64,000 bases of DNA from an uncultured Bacillota bacterium (GTDB lineage Bacteria; Bacillota_I; Bacilli_A; RF39; UBA660), in the NCBI GenBank assembly GCA_947650795.1, contig CANSWR010000001.1, forward strand, positions 64,398-128,397, given 5' to 3'. Positions within the stretch are counted from its first letter, which is position 1, and every line of letters begins with the position of its first letter. This document shows positions 9,916 through 19,971 of this stretch, piece by piece. The position numbers and the translations under genes are program-made. A model generated the notes under the pieces. It saw nothing but the letters and a program-made list of their open reading frames with translations. It was not told where the DNA came from and did no database searches.

Positions 9916-10644
9916 ATGAAGGTTAATAAAAATAAAAACACAGAAGCTAGCAAAAATAATAATAAAATATATATATTTGCAAAAGGGGTTTCTTGGCAAA
10001 AATTATTCATAATTTTTATAATTGGGTGTCTTTTCGGCAATTACTATGAAATGATTTTAAACTTAGTTAGACATTATTTAAGAGATGGTTCAATATTTTG
10101 GGAAGTAAGAAGAGGATTTATATACTTTCCATTAAGTCCAGTATACGGAGCTGGTGCTGTTTTAATGACATTAGCATTTGCAGAAAAAAATTATAAATGG
10201 CATCAAATATTAATATATGGTGCAGTACTTGGAGGATCGTTTGAATATATAATAAGTTTTTTACAAGAAACTTTTACTGGAACAGTATCATGGAATTATA
10301 CCAGATACCCTCTTGATATAAATGGAAGAACAACAATTCCAATAATGTTTCTATGGGGCATATTATGTGTAATATTTATCAAATTAATTTATCCATTTAT
10401 AAGTAAATATATAGAAAAAATACCTTACAAAATTGGAAATATAATAACAAAAATTTTAGTAATAATAATTATATTTGATGCAGCGATTTCCTTTACAGCT
10501 GTAATTAGACAATCTTTAAGAAGAGAAGGAATAAAACCATTTACATTTATTGGAGAATTTTGCGACAAGATATATACCGATGAAAGACTAAAAAAAGCTT
10601 ACCCTAATATGAAACTGCCTAAAAAGAAGGATGTGATAAAATGA
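9916..10644 (+). CDS. Polytopic membrane protein, DUF1113/ABC_trans_CmpB-like
   Basis: 242 aa with about six TM helices. It is translationally coupled (ATGA overlap) to the downstream GT2 gene. Confidence 0.45.
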   Translation: MKVNKNKNTEASKNNNKIYIFAKGVSWQKLFIIFIIGCLFGNYYEMILNLVRHYLRDGSIFWEVRRGFIYFPLSPVYGAGAVLMTLAFAEKNYKWHQILIYGAVLGGSFEYIISFLQETFTGTVSWNYTRYPLDINGRTTIPIMFLWGILCVIFIKLIYPFISKYIEKIPYKIGNIITKILVIIIIFDAAISFTAVIRQSLRREGIKPFTFIGEFCDKIYTDERLKKAYPNMKLPKKKDVIK

Positions 10645-11840
10645 TTCTATATATTGGACTAGCTTTAATTTCATTTAGTATTTTTCTAACAATTTCAAAG
10701 AGAATAATATCAAATATCAATAAAAATTATCCTACAAAAGAAAAAATAAAAGAGCCTAATTTTTGTATTTTAATACCAGCAAAAGATGAAAGCAAAGTAA
10801 TAACTGGATTACTCGAAAGTATACAAAATCAAACATTTAAAATAAGCATGAAAAATATTTATATAATCATCGAAGATTTAACAGATCCCACTTTAAAAAT
10901 AGCAAAGAAATTTGGCGCCAATATAATTATGAGAAGAAAAATACACCTAAGAAGAAAAGGTTATGCTTTAATGGAAGCAATAGAATATCTAAATGAAAGA
11001 AAAAAATTTTTTGACGCTTACTTTATATTCGATGCAGATAATGTTTTAGATAAAAACTTTTTAAAGAACATGATCAAAACATTTAAAGATGGATATGATA
11101 TAGGAATAGGATATAGAAATACTAAAAATGGAAATACCAATGCAATAGCTGCTTCTTCAAGTTTAATATTTTCTATAATTAATACTGTAGGAAACAGTAG
11201 AAAAACAAAGAAAACTATGAATAGCACGATCTCAGGAACTGGATTTTATATAAATGGAAAATTTATTAAAGAATGGAATACTTACCCTTTTCACACTCTT
11301 ACAGAAGACTATGAATTAACATTATATGCAATAACTCATAATATGACTACATTTTATAATAAAAATGCAATATATTATGATGAACAACCAGAAGAATATA
11401 AAATATATAAAATTCAAAGAACCAGATGGATTAAAGGATATTTTGAAGCAAGAAAACTTTACAAAGAAAACTTAAAAAAACAATTAAAATTTTCTAATCC
11501 CAATATTGGATCTGTTTATACAGAATATATAGGAGTTTTAGATATCATACTTTTAGTAATAGGAATAATACTTATAATAATACATTGTTTAATAAAAATA
11601 ATTACCAAAACTATAATAAGTAAATTCATAATATTAATAACTTTAATTTACTTATTATTAATATTGTTTACAATTTATCTTTTAATAAAAGAACAGAAAA
11701 ATTTTAAACTTAATAAAACAATAATAATAAAATCCATTTTCTTACATCCATTACTTTTAATAGCTTATATTCCATGTGCATTAAAAGCAGTTTTCACAAA
11801 AAATTTAGAATGGATACCAATAAAACACAAACACGAATAA
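10641..11840 (+). CDS. Membrane-embedded family-2 glycosyltransferase, processive type (IcaA/PgaC/NodC-like)
   Basis: N-terminal TM helix, then a GT-A domain with ILIPAKDE, DxD (FDADN) and the QxxRW motif (IQRTRW), then C-terminal TM helices. This is the layout of a processive beta-glycan synthase. Confidence 0.8.
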   Translation: MILYIGLALISFSIFLTISKRIISNINKNYPTKEKIKEPNFCILIPAKDESKVITGLLESIQNQTFKISMKNIYIIIEDLTDPTLKIAKKFGANIIMRRKIHLRRKGYALMEAIEYLNERKKFFDAYFIFDADNVLDKNFLKNMIKTFKDGYDIGIGYRNTKNGNTNAIAASSSLIFSIINTVGNSRKTKKTMNSTISGTGFYINGKFIKEWNTYPFHTLTEDYELTLYAITHNMTTFYNKNAIYYDEQPEEYKIYKIQRTRWIKGYFEARKLYKENLKKQLKFSNPNIGSVYTEYIGVLDIILLVIGIILIIIHCLIKIITKTIISKFIILITLIYLLLILFTIYLLIKEQKNFKLNKTIIIKSIFLHPLLLIAYIPCALKAVFTKNLEWIPIKHKHE

Positions 11841-11923
11841 TTAAAACTTCATTTTATGTGTATAACTAATAATTTATTAACAACAAAAAAGTTTCTAAGA
11901 ATTTATCTTAAAAACTTTTTTAT

Positions 11924-12343
11924 TTATTTACATTTATAACCAGCTGTTTCTAATTGTTTTTTAGTATCATCATAAGACGCTTCTGTTTTACCTAAGTTTA
12001 AATTTTCTTTAATATATTTACTATCAGAATCAGCAGTAAGTTTTAATCCTTTTTTAGAATCCTCTACTTTGAAATCCAATGCTTCATAAGTAGTTTTTAA
12101 TAAATCTTTTCTATCTTGTACTGATTCAGGAAGTTCCATATCCATAACAATAGTCATATCATCAATAGTTTTACCATCAAACTTAACAGTTAGTGTTTGA
12201 TCCATTTTTATTCCTTCTTGAGTTTGACTCATAGTACAAGTTAATTCTTTTTTACCACATCCAGTTAAAACTAAAACTGAAATTAAAGATAACAAAACTA
12301 ATTTACTTTTTCCCACTTTTAATACACCTCCTCTTATAATCAT
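11924..12343 (-). CDS. Lipoprotein, function unknown
   Basis: Signal peptide with lipobox LTGC (MIIRGGVLKVGKSKLVLLSLISVLVLTGCGKK). Confidence 0.6.
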   Translation of the reverse strand: MIIRGGVLKVGKSKLVLLSLISVLVLTGCGKKELTCTMSQTQEGIKMDQTLTVKFDGKTIDDMTIVMDMELPESVQDRKDLLKTTYEALDFKVEDSKKGLKLTADSDSKYIKENLNLGKTEASYDDTKKQLETAGYKCK

Positions 12344-12404
12344 ATGATATCACTTTATTTTTAAAAATTCAATAAATATGAAAAATTTGTGAAATTTTTT
12401 AATA

Positions 12405-13280
12405 CTACAAATTATTACTTATTTTATTTCCAATTTTCATTCCACATTCAACAAGAGTCTCTACATCTTCATTAGAATTTTTAATAATATCTTCATCAAT
12501 TAAAACATTTTCTTTTTTCACTAATAATACAATAGTTGATCCACCAAACTCAAAATGTCCTTTTTCTTCTCCCCTCTTAAATTGCCAATCAGCATGATAA
12601 TTACAGATTTTACCAACTAACATAGCGCCTACCTCTATTTGTATAATATCTCCAAAATTTTGAGTTTTTAGCAAAGTATATTCCCTAGAATTTCTCTTAT
12701 AAACTGGTTCACTAGCCAAAGCAATAGGTCTAACAGTATGCAAAATCCCTGGTATACTTATATTTCTTGTCTTAACTCCATCATCTATATACACATATCT
12801 ATGATAATCTTTAGGTCTCAATCTAAAAATCAAGATATAACCATCTTTATATTCATTACTAATAGCATCTCCATTTAAAAGATCACTTACAGTATAATAA
12901 GTATTTTTTATTTTAAAATCACTATTAATTCCTATCTTATAAACCATCAATTTCCCATCGCATGGAGAAATAAAACTATTTGCATTATAATCTATGTGAA
13001 TATTCTCACGCTTCTTAATTCTAGTAAAAAATTCATTAAAACTATTAAACTCACTTTTATCATAAACACTTAAATCTATATTATTCTTAACAACAAAATC
13101 CTTAACCATATAATTAGATAAAGAACTATTAAGATATAAAGAACTAACCTTTGATATAAATGGACACGCCAAAATTCTAGCAATTAATCTACCAAATTCA
13201 TTTCCATATAAAAACTTCATAAATTTACCATCTTTATCTATATCTAACTTACCATTTCTATCTCTACCCACTATAACCAT
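12405..13280 (-). CDS. psd: Phosphatidylserine decarboxylase proenzyme
   Basis: The C-terminal FGGST (HFEFGGSTIVLL) self-cleavage motif and the overall PSD family pattern are present. Confidence 0.75.
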   Translation of the reverse strand: MVIVGRDRNGKLDIDKDGKFMKFLYGNEFGRLIARILACPFISKVSSLYLNSSLSNYMVKDFVVKNNIDLSVYDKSEFNSFNEFFTRIKKRENIHIDYNANSFISPCDGKLMVYKIGINSDFKIKNTYYTVSDLLNGDAISNEYKDGYILIFRLRPKDYHRYVYIDDGVKTRNISIPGILHTVRPIALASEPVYKRNSREYTLLKTQNFGDIIQIEVGAMLVGKICNYHADWQFKRGEEKGHFEFGGSTIVLLVKKENVLIDEDIIKNSNEDVETLVECGMKIGNKISNNL

Positions 13281-13292
13281 ACTTTATCTTCC

Positions 13293-14231
13293 TCATTTTC
13301 CATTATACTCTTCTAAAGAACTGAATAACTTTACTATATTTTTTTCAGGTATCAGCATATTAATATCCTTATTAATTGTAAAAAGAAATTCTCTAGTATT
13401 ATGTTTATATTCCTCTCCATCTATTACCCAACTAGGTGGCATATCTTCAAAAATAATTCTAAATCTATTAGTCTTATAAACTTCTAACCCTGGCATATTT
13501 TTTACCTCACCAGCTAAAATTTTTGTACCTAAAAGTGCTAGTTCTGCCTTAGTCTTTGCAGTACAAAGTACCACTTCAAACATATCATCATCTAACTTAA
13601 CATCTTTATAAATATTATTAAATCCACCCATTCTGCAAGTATTAGAAACAAATACAAACGAATAAGTTCCACTAATAACTTTATCCTCTATTTCATAAGT
13701 TAAATTAAACAATCTTACTCTATCTTTAAGTTCCACTAAAGTATGCATAAAATATGCAAGTCTACCAAACTTTTTCTTTAATTTTCTTGGAGTATTATAA
13801 GAAGAATCAACATAACTTCCAATACATGCAACATACACAAATGGTTTACCATTAACCATACAAACATCTATATTTCTAACACTTCCATCACATAACATCT
13901 GAGCATTAACGACCATATTTTTTGTAAATCCATACATGCTACCGACATCATTAACAGTACCAACTGGCAAATGTCCCATTAAAATTTTTTTATCTCTAGC
14001 TAAATTTCCAGTAACGCCCTCATTTAAAGTCCCATCTCCTCCGCAACATATAACTAAATCCGTATCATCAGATAAATCTTTAATAATATTAATCGCATCT
14101 TTAGGTCCTTTAGTAGGACATAGTCTTGCCTCATATCCATTTATTTCTAAAATAGAAGGTAACATTTTTATATCTTTTTTATCTCTAGGTTTACCACTTT
14201 CTGGATTATAAACTACTGCACATTTCTTCAT
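13293..14231 (-). CDS. Diacylglycerol/lipid kinase family protein (DagK/YegS-like)
   Basis: N-terminus MKKCAVVYNPESGK and a CCGGDGTLNEGV catalytic-domain motif. Confidence 0.8.
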   Translation of the reverse strand: MKKCAVVYNPESGKPRDKKDIKMLPSILEINGYEARLCPTKGPKDAINIIKDLSDDTDLVICCGGDGTLNEGVTGNLARDKKILMGHLPVGTVNDVGSMYGFTKNMVVNAQMLCDGSVRNIDVCMVNGKPFVYVACIGSYVDSSYNTPRKLKKKFGRLAYFMHTLVELKDRVRLFNLTYEIEDKVISGTYSFVFVSNTCRMGGFNNIYKDVKLDDDMFEVVLCTAKTKAELALLGTKILAGEVKNMPGLEVYKTNRFRIIFEDMPPSWVIDGEEYKHNTREFLFTINKDINMLIPEKNIVKLFSSLEEYNGK

Positions 14232-14340
14232 ATAATCACCCTAAAATATAATTTCATTATACTAGTTTTATTATATATTTTCAATTATTCCACTGTCTAC
14301 TATACACTAAATGAACAAAAAAAGTAATTAACTAATAAAA

Positions 14341-15417
14341 TTAATTACTTGAAAGCTTAACATTAACAGTTTCCTCTTTTCCATTTCTAAGAATAGTAAG
14401 CACGATTGTCTCATCAGGAGAATAACTATAAAGTCTATACCTAAACTCCGCTATATCACTTACCCAGTTATCTCCCACTTTAACAATCACATCTCCTCGT
14501 TCAAGTCCAGCCTTATCTCCTGGACTGCCACTTTCTATTTCAACAACTACTACACCTTCTTCTATCTCTTTATCCAACCTAACACCAGCATAAGCAAGTT
14601 GCATTGTACTACTAGCATTTAACATACTTACCCCAATATAAGGTCTACTAATACTACCTTTTTCTCTCAAACTATTTGCATAACTAATCGCATCCTCAAT
14701 AGGAATAGAAAATCCAATTCCCTCAATAGTATCTTTAACAATTTTTAAAGAATTAATACCAATAACTTCTCCATTAGCATTACATAAAGGGCCACCACTG
14801 TTCCCTGGATTAATCGCAGCATCAGTTTGCATAACATTCATAATCCAATCAGCTTGACTAGAATTAACATTAACTGAAACTAACCTATCTTTCCCACTAA
14901 GAATCCCTCTTGTAACAGTTCCTCTAAAATCTATACCCATAGGACTTCCTATAGTAAATACAGTATCTCCTACTTTCATATCAGTACTATTTCCTATAGT
15001 AGCAACACTCTTTACATCACTTTTAGGTACTCTCAAAACTGCAATATCTGCATATTGATCACTACCAACCACACTTGCCGTTCCTTCACTATCATCACTA
15101 TAAGTAATTTTTATATCTCCAGCATCCTCTATTACATGATGATTAGTCATAATATAACCAAACTCTTCATCTTGATCATACATAAAACCTGTTCCAGTAC
15201 TAACTAAATTCTTACCACTATAAACTTCTATAACAACTACTGAATCTTTAATTTTATCTACAGCAGCACTTATTCCTGTATCTGTTATATTAACATTTTC
15301 TTCCCTTATAGTTTTAACAACTGTCTTAGGGTATAAATATAATACTCCAAACATAACTAATGCCCCAAAAATAAAACACAACAAACTTAGTAAAATATAA
15401 GTAATTTTCTTTCTCAA
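14341..15417 (-). CDS. htrA: HtrA/DegP-family serine protease (TM anchor, trypsin-like domain, PDZ)
   Basis: N-terminal TM helix. Catalytic motifs HH at MTNHHVIEDA and GNSGGPL. The C-terminus is a PDZ domain. Confidence 0.9.
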   Translation of the reverse strand: MRKKITYILLSLLCFIFGALVMFGVLYLYPKTVVKTIREENVNITDTGISAAVDKIKDSVVVIEVYSGKNLVSTGTGFMYDQDEEFGYIMTNHHVIEDAGDIKITYSDDSEGTASVVGSDQYADIAVLRVPKSDVKSVATIGNSTDMKVGDTVFTIGSPMGIDFRGTVTRGILSGKDRLVSVNVNSSQADWIMNVMQTDAAINPGNSGGPLCNANGEVIGINSLKIVKDTIEGIGFSIPIEDAISYANSLREKGSISRPYIGVSMLNASSTMQLAYAGVRLDKEIEEGVVVVEIESGSPGDKAGLERGDVIVKVGDNWVSDIAEFRYRLYSYSPDETIVLTILRNGKEETVNVKLSSN

Positions 15418-15423
15418 ACTTTA

Positions 15424-16359
15424 TCATCCTTCCATATACATAATATCTCTATAATTAGGTGGAAATCCCATTTTATCTAAAACTTCATCAATAGTAATTG
15501 TATGTAATTTTCCACTAAGTCTATCAAACTCATAATTAATTTCATTCATCATCATTTTAAAATCAGTATGAGTTAATAAAAACTTCAAAATAATTATAAG
15601 AGCAAAAATATCATTCTTCCCATATACATATTCATCATTAGTTTTATCAATATTTAATAAATTATGATACTTATTATCAGGAATAACTCTCTGAGTAAAA
15701 TGGTCAAAAACAATATCCTCATGTGCACATAAATTTCTATAATTAGCGAGTATTGGCAAAAATATTTCCATTTCCTCTGGAGAAATATTATAAATACCTG
15801 CTATTTCCTCCTTATTATGATACTTAAGTACACTAAACATCTCACTCATAATTCCAAAACTAATAACTTTAATACCTATCCAAAGAGGAATATAACCATA
15901 ATTATCCATATAATGACTAGTCGCACCATGATTTTTTCCATTAATTCGAAGTTGCCTTTTAACCTTTCTTACCAAATCATTAATTTGTCTACTCTTAGAT
16001 TTATCAGTATCAAAATTTTTGCTATTTAAATAATCTTTTTCTTTATAACCATAATCTTTACTTAAAACATAACTAAAAATTGATTTATAGTTATTCTCAA
16101 CAATAAGTATATTTTTAAAGATAATATTTCTAAACATTCTATCAAACACAAACAAACTATAAAGTTCCTCAAAACTTGAACCATCTTTAAACTTTCTAGT
16201 TGTATCATGTTTAATAAACAAATGCCTATATCCCATAATAAAGAAATAATTTTCACGAAGTAAAACTTCTTTAGCATATTCTTCATCATTAATTAATAGA
16301 CCTTTATCTTTCAAAATATTAATTTGTTCATCTAAATTTCTAAATACTTTATTTGCCAA
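15424..16359 (-). CDS. Abi_2 family abortive-infection protein (AbiD/AbiF-like)
   Basis: 311 aa. The conserved motif ANYRNLCAHEDIVFD (RNxxAHxxxxF) and an N-terminal LxxKG segment are typical of Abi_2 (PF07751). Confidence 0.6.
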   Translation of the reverse strand: MANKVFRNLDEQINILKDKGLLINDEEYAKEVLLRENYFFIMGYRHLFIKHDTTRKFKDGSSFEELYSLFVFDRMFRNIIFKNILIVENNYKSIFSYVLSKDYGYKEKDYLNSKNFDTDKSKSRQINDLVRKVKRQLRINGKNHGATSHYMDNYGYIPLWIGIKVISFGIMSEMFSVLKYHNKEEIAGIYNISPEEMEIFLPILANYRNLCAHEDIVFDHFTQRVIPDNKYHNLLNIDKTNDEYVYGKNDIFALIIILKFLLTHTDFKMMMNEINYEFDRLSGKLHTITIDEVLDKMGFPPNYRDIMYMEG

Positions 16360-16473
16360 CCCTCGTCACCTAAAATAAATTCTATCATAAACTTAACACT
16401 TTAACCACATTTTTCACATAATTTTCTTTTTATACTACATATTTTATGTTAATATTATAATAGGTGATTAATT

Positions 16474-16866
16474 ATGAATAATACAAATAATATTATACAA
16501 GTTTTTGAAAAAGCAATTTATAGAAGTTATATATTTGAAACTATTAGCTGCTTAGAAAAACTTTACGACAGAGATAATGGATACTTAGTTGGAAAAGTTA
16601 CTATAACACCTAGAGAAGATGGAAAAGTAAACATAAGTGTACCAATTTCTAAAAAAGAAATAATCGAAGGAAAACATGAAGAAGTTTTTGTAAAATCATG
16701 CGCTCCAAACGATGTTAGCAGTATTATAGAAGGACTTACCAATACTTATACTAGAGATTCTGGTTGGTCTATAGGCGAAAGAGAAATAATTAACATTGAT
16801 GAATTATCTTCTGTAGTAAGAGTAGAATTAAAAAAAGCCGCTAAAGGGCCTTTCTTAAATAACTAG
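16474..16866 (+). CDS. Hypothetical protein (130 aa)
   Basis: Clean ORF with AT-rich promoter-like sequence upstream. No family recognised. It is convergent with the next gene. Confidence 0.5.
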   Translation: MNNTNNIIQVFEKAIYRSYIFETISCLEKLYDRDNGYLVGKVTITPREDGKVNISVPISKKEIIEGKHEEVFVKSCAPNDVSSIIEGLTNTYTRDSGWSIGEREIINIDELSSVVRVELKKAAKGPFLNN

Positions 16867-17648
16867 TTTAATCTAGTTTTTTTTAAAGTCTTCATATGTT
16901 CTTCTAAACTATTATCTAAAGAAATAGTTCCATAATCATGAATATACTCAATAAATCCTCTGCTGGTTCCTATATAAGATGCCCATTTATCAGGGTCTGT
17001 CACAATTTTCATAGAAATATCTCCATTTATTCTACTTCCAACTAAATCATTAATTTCCTTAACAGAAGATAAAGCTACATCTTGATTATTATTAATTATA
17101 ATCCCAAAATATGAATTCTTATTTAACACTTCTTTAAATAAACTAACAAACATATCTAAATTCATAAAAGGTATTGAAACCTTAGAAATATCAATTTTTT
17201 CTTTATTTAAAACATAACTAGTGTATGAACTCAAATAAAACTCTATAGAATCATAAAATGCAATCTTTAAATCTTCAACCTTCTTAAGTTCACTAAATTC
17301 TGAATTTCTAAAACATCTATTAAAAACAGAAATAATTTTAGACATTCTCTTTTCTAATTCATCTAACCCAATTCTCTCTATTGAGTTTAACAGTATTTTA
17401 TAAACTATTAAAAAATGCAAATACTCTCTACTCAAAGTAGTTATTAAAAGTTTATCTTGTTCATCACTTAATTCATATTTTGGAAATCCATATTCCTCTA
17501 AATAAATTGCCATAGGTGTATCTTTATCAAGCAAAACTGGATACTTATCTTCTAAAGACTTACAAAATTTTCTTCTTTCATCAGTATCATATCCATAAAT
17601 AAATAAATGCCTATTTTCTTCCATTATTAACTTTTCAAATCTTTCCAT
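16863..17648 (-). CDS. Hypothetical protein (261 aa)
   Basis: Clean ORF with no recognisable motifs. It lies in the same small island as the Abi gene. Confidence 0.5.
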   Translation of the reverse strand: MERFEKLIMEENRHLFIYGYDTDERRKFCKSLEDKYPVLLDKDTPMAIYLEEYGFPKYELSDEQDKLLITTLSREYLHFLIVYKILLNSIERIGLDELEKRMSKIISVFNRCFRNSEFSELKKVEDLKIAFYDSIEFYLSSYTSYVLNKEKIDISKVSIPFMNLDMFVSLFKEVLNKNSYFGIIINNNQDVALSSVKEINDLVGSRINGDISMKIVTDPDKWASYIGTSRGFIEYIHDYGTISLDNSLEEHMKTLKKTRLN

Positions 17649-17724
17649 TACCCACCTCTCAAATTAAGAATAACATTTAAAAATTATAATGTAAAGAAAA
17701 AGTCCAAAACATTTTGGACCAAAA

Positions 17725-18123
17725 TTATCTCTTACTAAATTGTGGAGCACGTCTTGCTTTCTTAAGACCATATTTCTTACGCTCTTTAATTCTAGCATCT
17801 CTAGTTATCATACCAGTACCCTTTAAAGTAGGTCTATATGCTTCACTATTTACTTCAAGTAAAGCTCTTGCTATTCCTAATCTAGTTGCACCAGTTTGAC
17901 CATCAAATCCTCCACCTTTAACTGTAACTTCAACATCAAAGTCATTTTCAGTTCCAGTAAGAACAAGAGGTTGCTTTAAATCCATAACTAAAGTTTCATA
18001 AGGAAAATAATTATTAACATCAACACCATTGACAGTAATATTCCCTTTACCACTTACTAACGTAACTTGTGCTACTGCTCTTTTTCTTCTACCAGTAGCT
18101 CTATATCTCTTTGCGTCTGCCAT
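17725..18123 (-). CDS. rpsI: 30S ribosomal protein S9
   Basis: [20 protein letters not shown]...RRAPQFSKR is the canonical S9 sequence. Confidence 0.95.
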   Translation of the reverse strand: MADAKRYRATGRRKRAVAQVTLVSGKGNITVNGVDVNNYFPYETLVMDLKQPLVLTGTENDFDVEVTVKGGGFDGQTGATRLGIARALLEVNSEAYRPTLKGTGMITRDARIKERKKYGLKKARRAPQFSKR

Positions 18124-18131
18124 TTTTCCTC

Positions 18132-18560
18132 CTATAACTCAATTCTTTCAGGTTTTTGAGCTTCATGTTTATGTTCACTTGCTTCATATACATAAAGATT
18201 TCTAAACATATCTCTTCCAAGTCTATTCTTAGGAAGCATTCCCTTAATAGCTCTTTCAACCATCTCAACTGGATATTTTTCTTTCATAACTTTAGCAGTT
18301 CTTTCTCTTAAACCACCTGGATACCCACTATGATTATAATAAACTTTCTTTTCAAGTTTATCTCCAGTAAGATTTACCTTACCAGCATTAATGATAATCA
18401 CTGCATCTCCGCAATTAACATGAGGTGTAAAAGTTGGCTTATGCTTACCACGTAAAATATGTGCAGCTTTACTTGCAACTCTACCTAAATTTTGCCCTTC
18501 AGCATCAATTACGAACCATTTAGTGCTTACATCTTCTTTTCTTAACATAAATGTTTTCAT
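18132..18560 (-). CDS. rplM: 50S ribosomal protein L13
   Basis: [48 protein letters not shown]. The true ATG is at 18560 with RBS AAGGAGA. The longer ORF in the track begins at an upstream alternative start. Confidence 0.95.
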   Translation of the reverse strand: MKTFMLRKEDVSTKWFVIDAEGQNLGRVASKAAHILRGKHKPTFTPHVNCGDAVIIINAGKVNLTGDKLEKKVYYNHSGYPGGLRERTAKVMKEKYPVEMVERAIKGMLPKNRLGRDMFRNLYVYEASEHKHEAQKPERIEL

Positions 18561-18751
18561 AAATTTTAATCTCCTTCTATTTGTCCCTAATATATATGCC
18601 TTCCCACAACATAAATACCAAGCACAATAAAAATGTACCAAGTATCATTATACTATAAAGTTTCACAAAGTCAAACAAAATTTCCGTCTATTAACAAAAA
18701 ATAAAATTACCACACCAGACTTTGCATAAAATCCTAAGTAAAGAGTACAAT

Positions 18752-18786
18752 TAGATAGTTGACATAAAAGTACATCTATTATAAAA
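18752..18786 (+). promoter_or_regulatory. Sigma-A-like promoter for the 18829 gene
   Basis: TTGACA, 17-nt spacer, TAAAAT. Confidence 0.35.
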
Positions 18787-18828
18787 TAAACATATAGTAA
18801 AAAGAGTAAGAAGTTGGAGGAAAAACTT

Positions 18829-19923
18829 ATGAAAAAGAAAAACAAAAAAGGCTTAATAATTACCCTAGTTACATTAATTATTATATGCCTAGCGTGTGGT
18901 ACATTAGGATATTTAGAAAGTACTAAATCTGATAAACCTAAAAAGGATGATGAAGATAAAAAATATAAAGTAACGTATATGTATTATATTGATAATGAAA
19001 AAGTAGAAGAAATCCCAGAAAAAGAAGAGCTAAGTGTTACAAATCCAGACTTTGAAGGAGCAGAAGAAAACACATTGGCTTACGTATTTGAAAGAGCTAC
19101 TTGCACAAATAATGTTGAAGGTACTTGGGATGAAGAAAAATGGGAATTTAATCCAGAACTAACTAATAACACAACATGTAGATTATATTTTTTAAAAAGC
19201 TTACATAAACTTACTATAAAAGCAAGTAATGGAGAATTACCAAATAAAGAAAATGAACAAGAATTTGAAGCATTAATTAATGATGAAACTACAATTATAG
19301 TAAAACCAATAGAAGGTTACAAATATGATAGTGAAATAAAAGTAAGTTGTACTAATGGTGCAAAAGCAGAATATGATGAAACTACACAAGATTTAAAAAT
19401 CACTGATGTTACAAAAGACACTACATGTACTATACCTTTCAAAATTAGTGATTATACGGTTGAAGTTGAAGCAAACTTTGGAACAATAACTGGAGAAAGA
19501 TCAAAATCAGTTAACCATGGTGGTAATGTTGAATTTGAAATCAAAGAAGCAGAAAATTATATATATGACACATATAGTTGTACAAACGATCAAAAAGCAA
19601 CATTTGTAAATGGTAAACTAACAGTTCGTGAAATAACAAATAACACAAAATGTACTGTATCATTTAAACCTAAAAAACTTTCAGTAACACTTAATGTTGA
19701 AAATGGTAAACTTGAAACTGGATACTCAAGTCCATTAGAAATATCAGAAGGGCAAACTGCTACATTTATAGTAAAATCTAATGAAGGTTATAGCTTAACA
19801 GGAATGACAGTAGAATGTGATGGAAACACAGTAGGAACTCACGAAGGTAATGGTTTAATAAAAATATACGATGTAAAAACTAATGCAATATGTAAGGCAA
19901 CACTTAAAAAAGTAGCAAATTAG
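18829..19923 (+). CDS. Secreted or lipoprotein-like repeat protein (Ig-like beta-rich repeats), function unknown
   Basis: ATG at 18829 with RBS GGAGG. The signal peptide ends in a Cys lipobox-like LACG. Repeated modules end in Cys-Thr/Lys motifs (TTCTIPFK, TKCTVSFKPKK, AICKATLKK). Confidence 0.6.
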   Translation: MKKKNKKGLIITLVTLIIICLACGTLGYLESTKSDKPKKDDEDKKYKVTYMYYIDNEKVEEIPEKEELSVTNPDFEGAEENTLAYVFERATCTNNVEGTWDEEKWEFNPELTNNTTCRLYFLKSLHKLTIKASNGELPNKENEQEFEALINDETTIIVKPIEGYKYDSEIKVSCTNGAKAEYDETTQDLKITDVTKDTTCTIPFKISDYTVEVEANFGTITGERSKSVNHGGNVEFEIKEAENYIYDTYSCTNDQKATFVNGKLTVREITNNTKCTVSFKPKKLSVTLNVENGKLETGYSSPLEISEGQTATFIVKSNEGYSLTGMTVECDGNTVGTHEGNGLIKIYDVKTNAICKATLKKVAN

Positions 19924-19971
19924 CAAAAAACTAATTTGCTTTTTCTTATATATATAATGTATAATTAATTC

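Noticed and set aside
11018-11227. Minus-strand ORF inside the GT2 gene
   Set aside because: It overlaps the GT-A domain coding region in antisense. No support.
18132-18641. N-terminal 27-aa extension of rplM ([27 protein letters not shown]...)
   Set aside because: L13 begins at [11 protein letters not shown], with RBS AAGGAGA at the internal ATG (18560). The extension is an upstream in-frame alternative start. It is not conserved.
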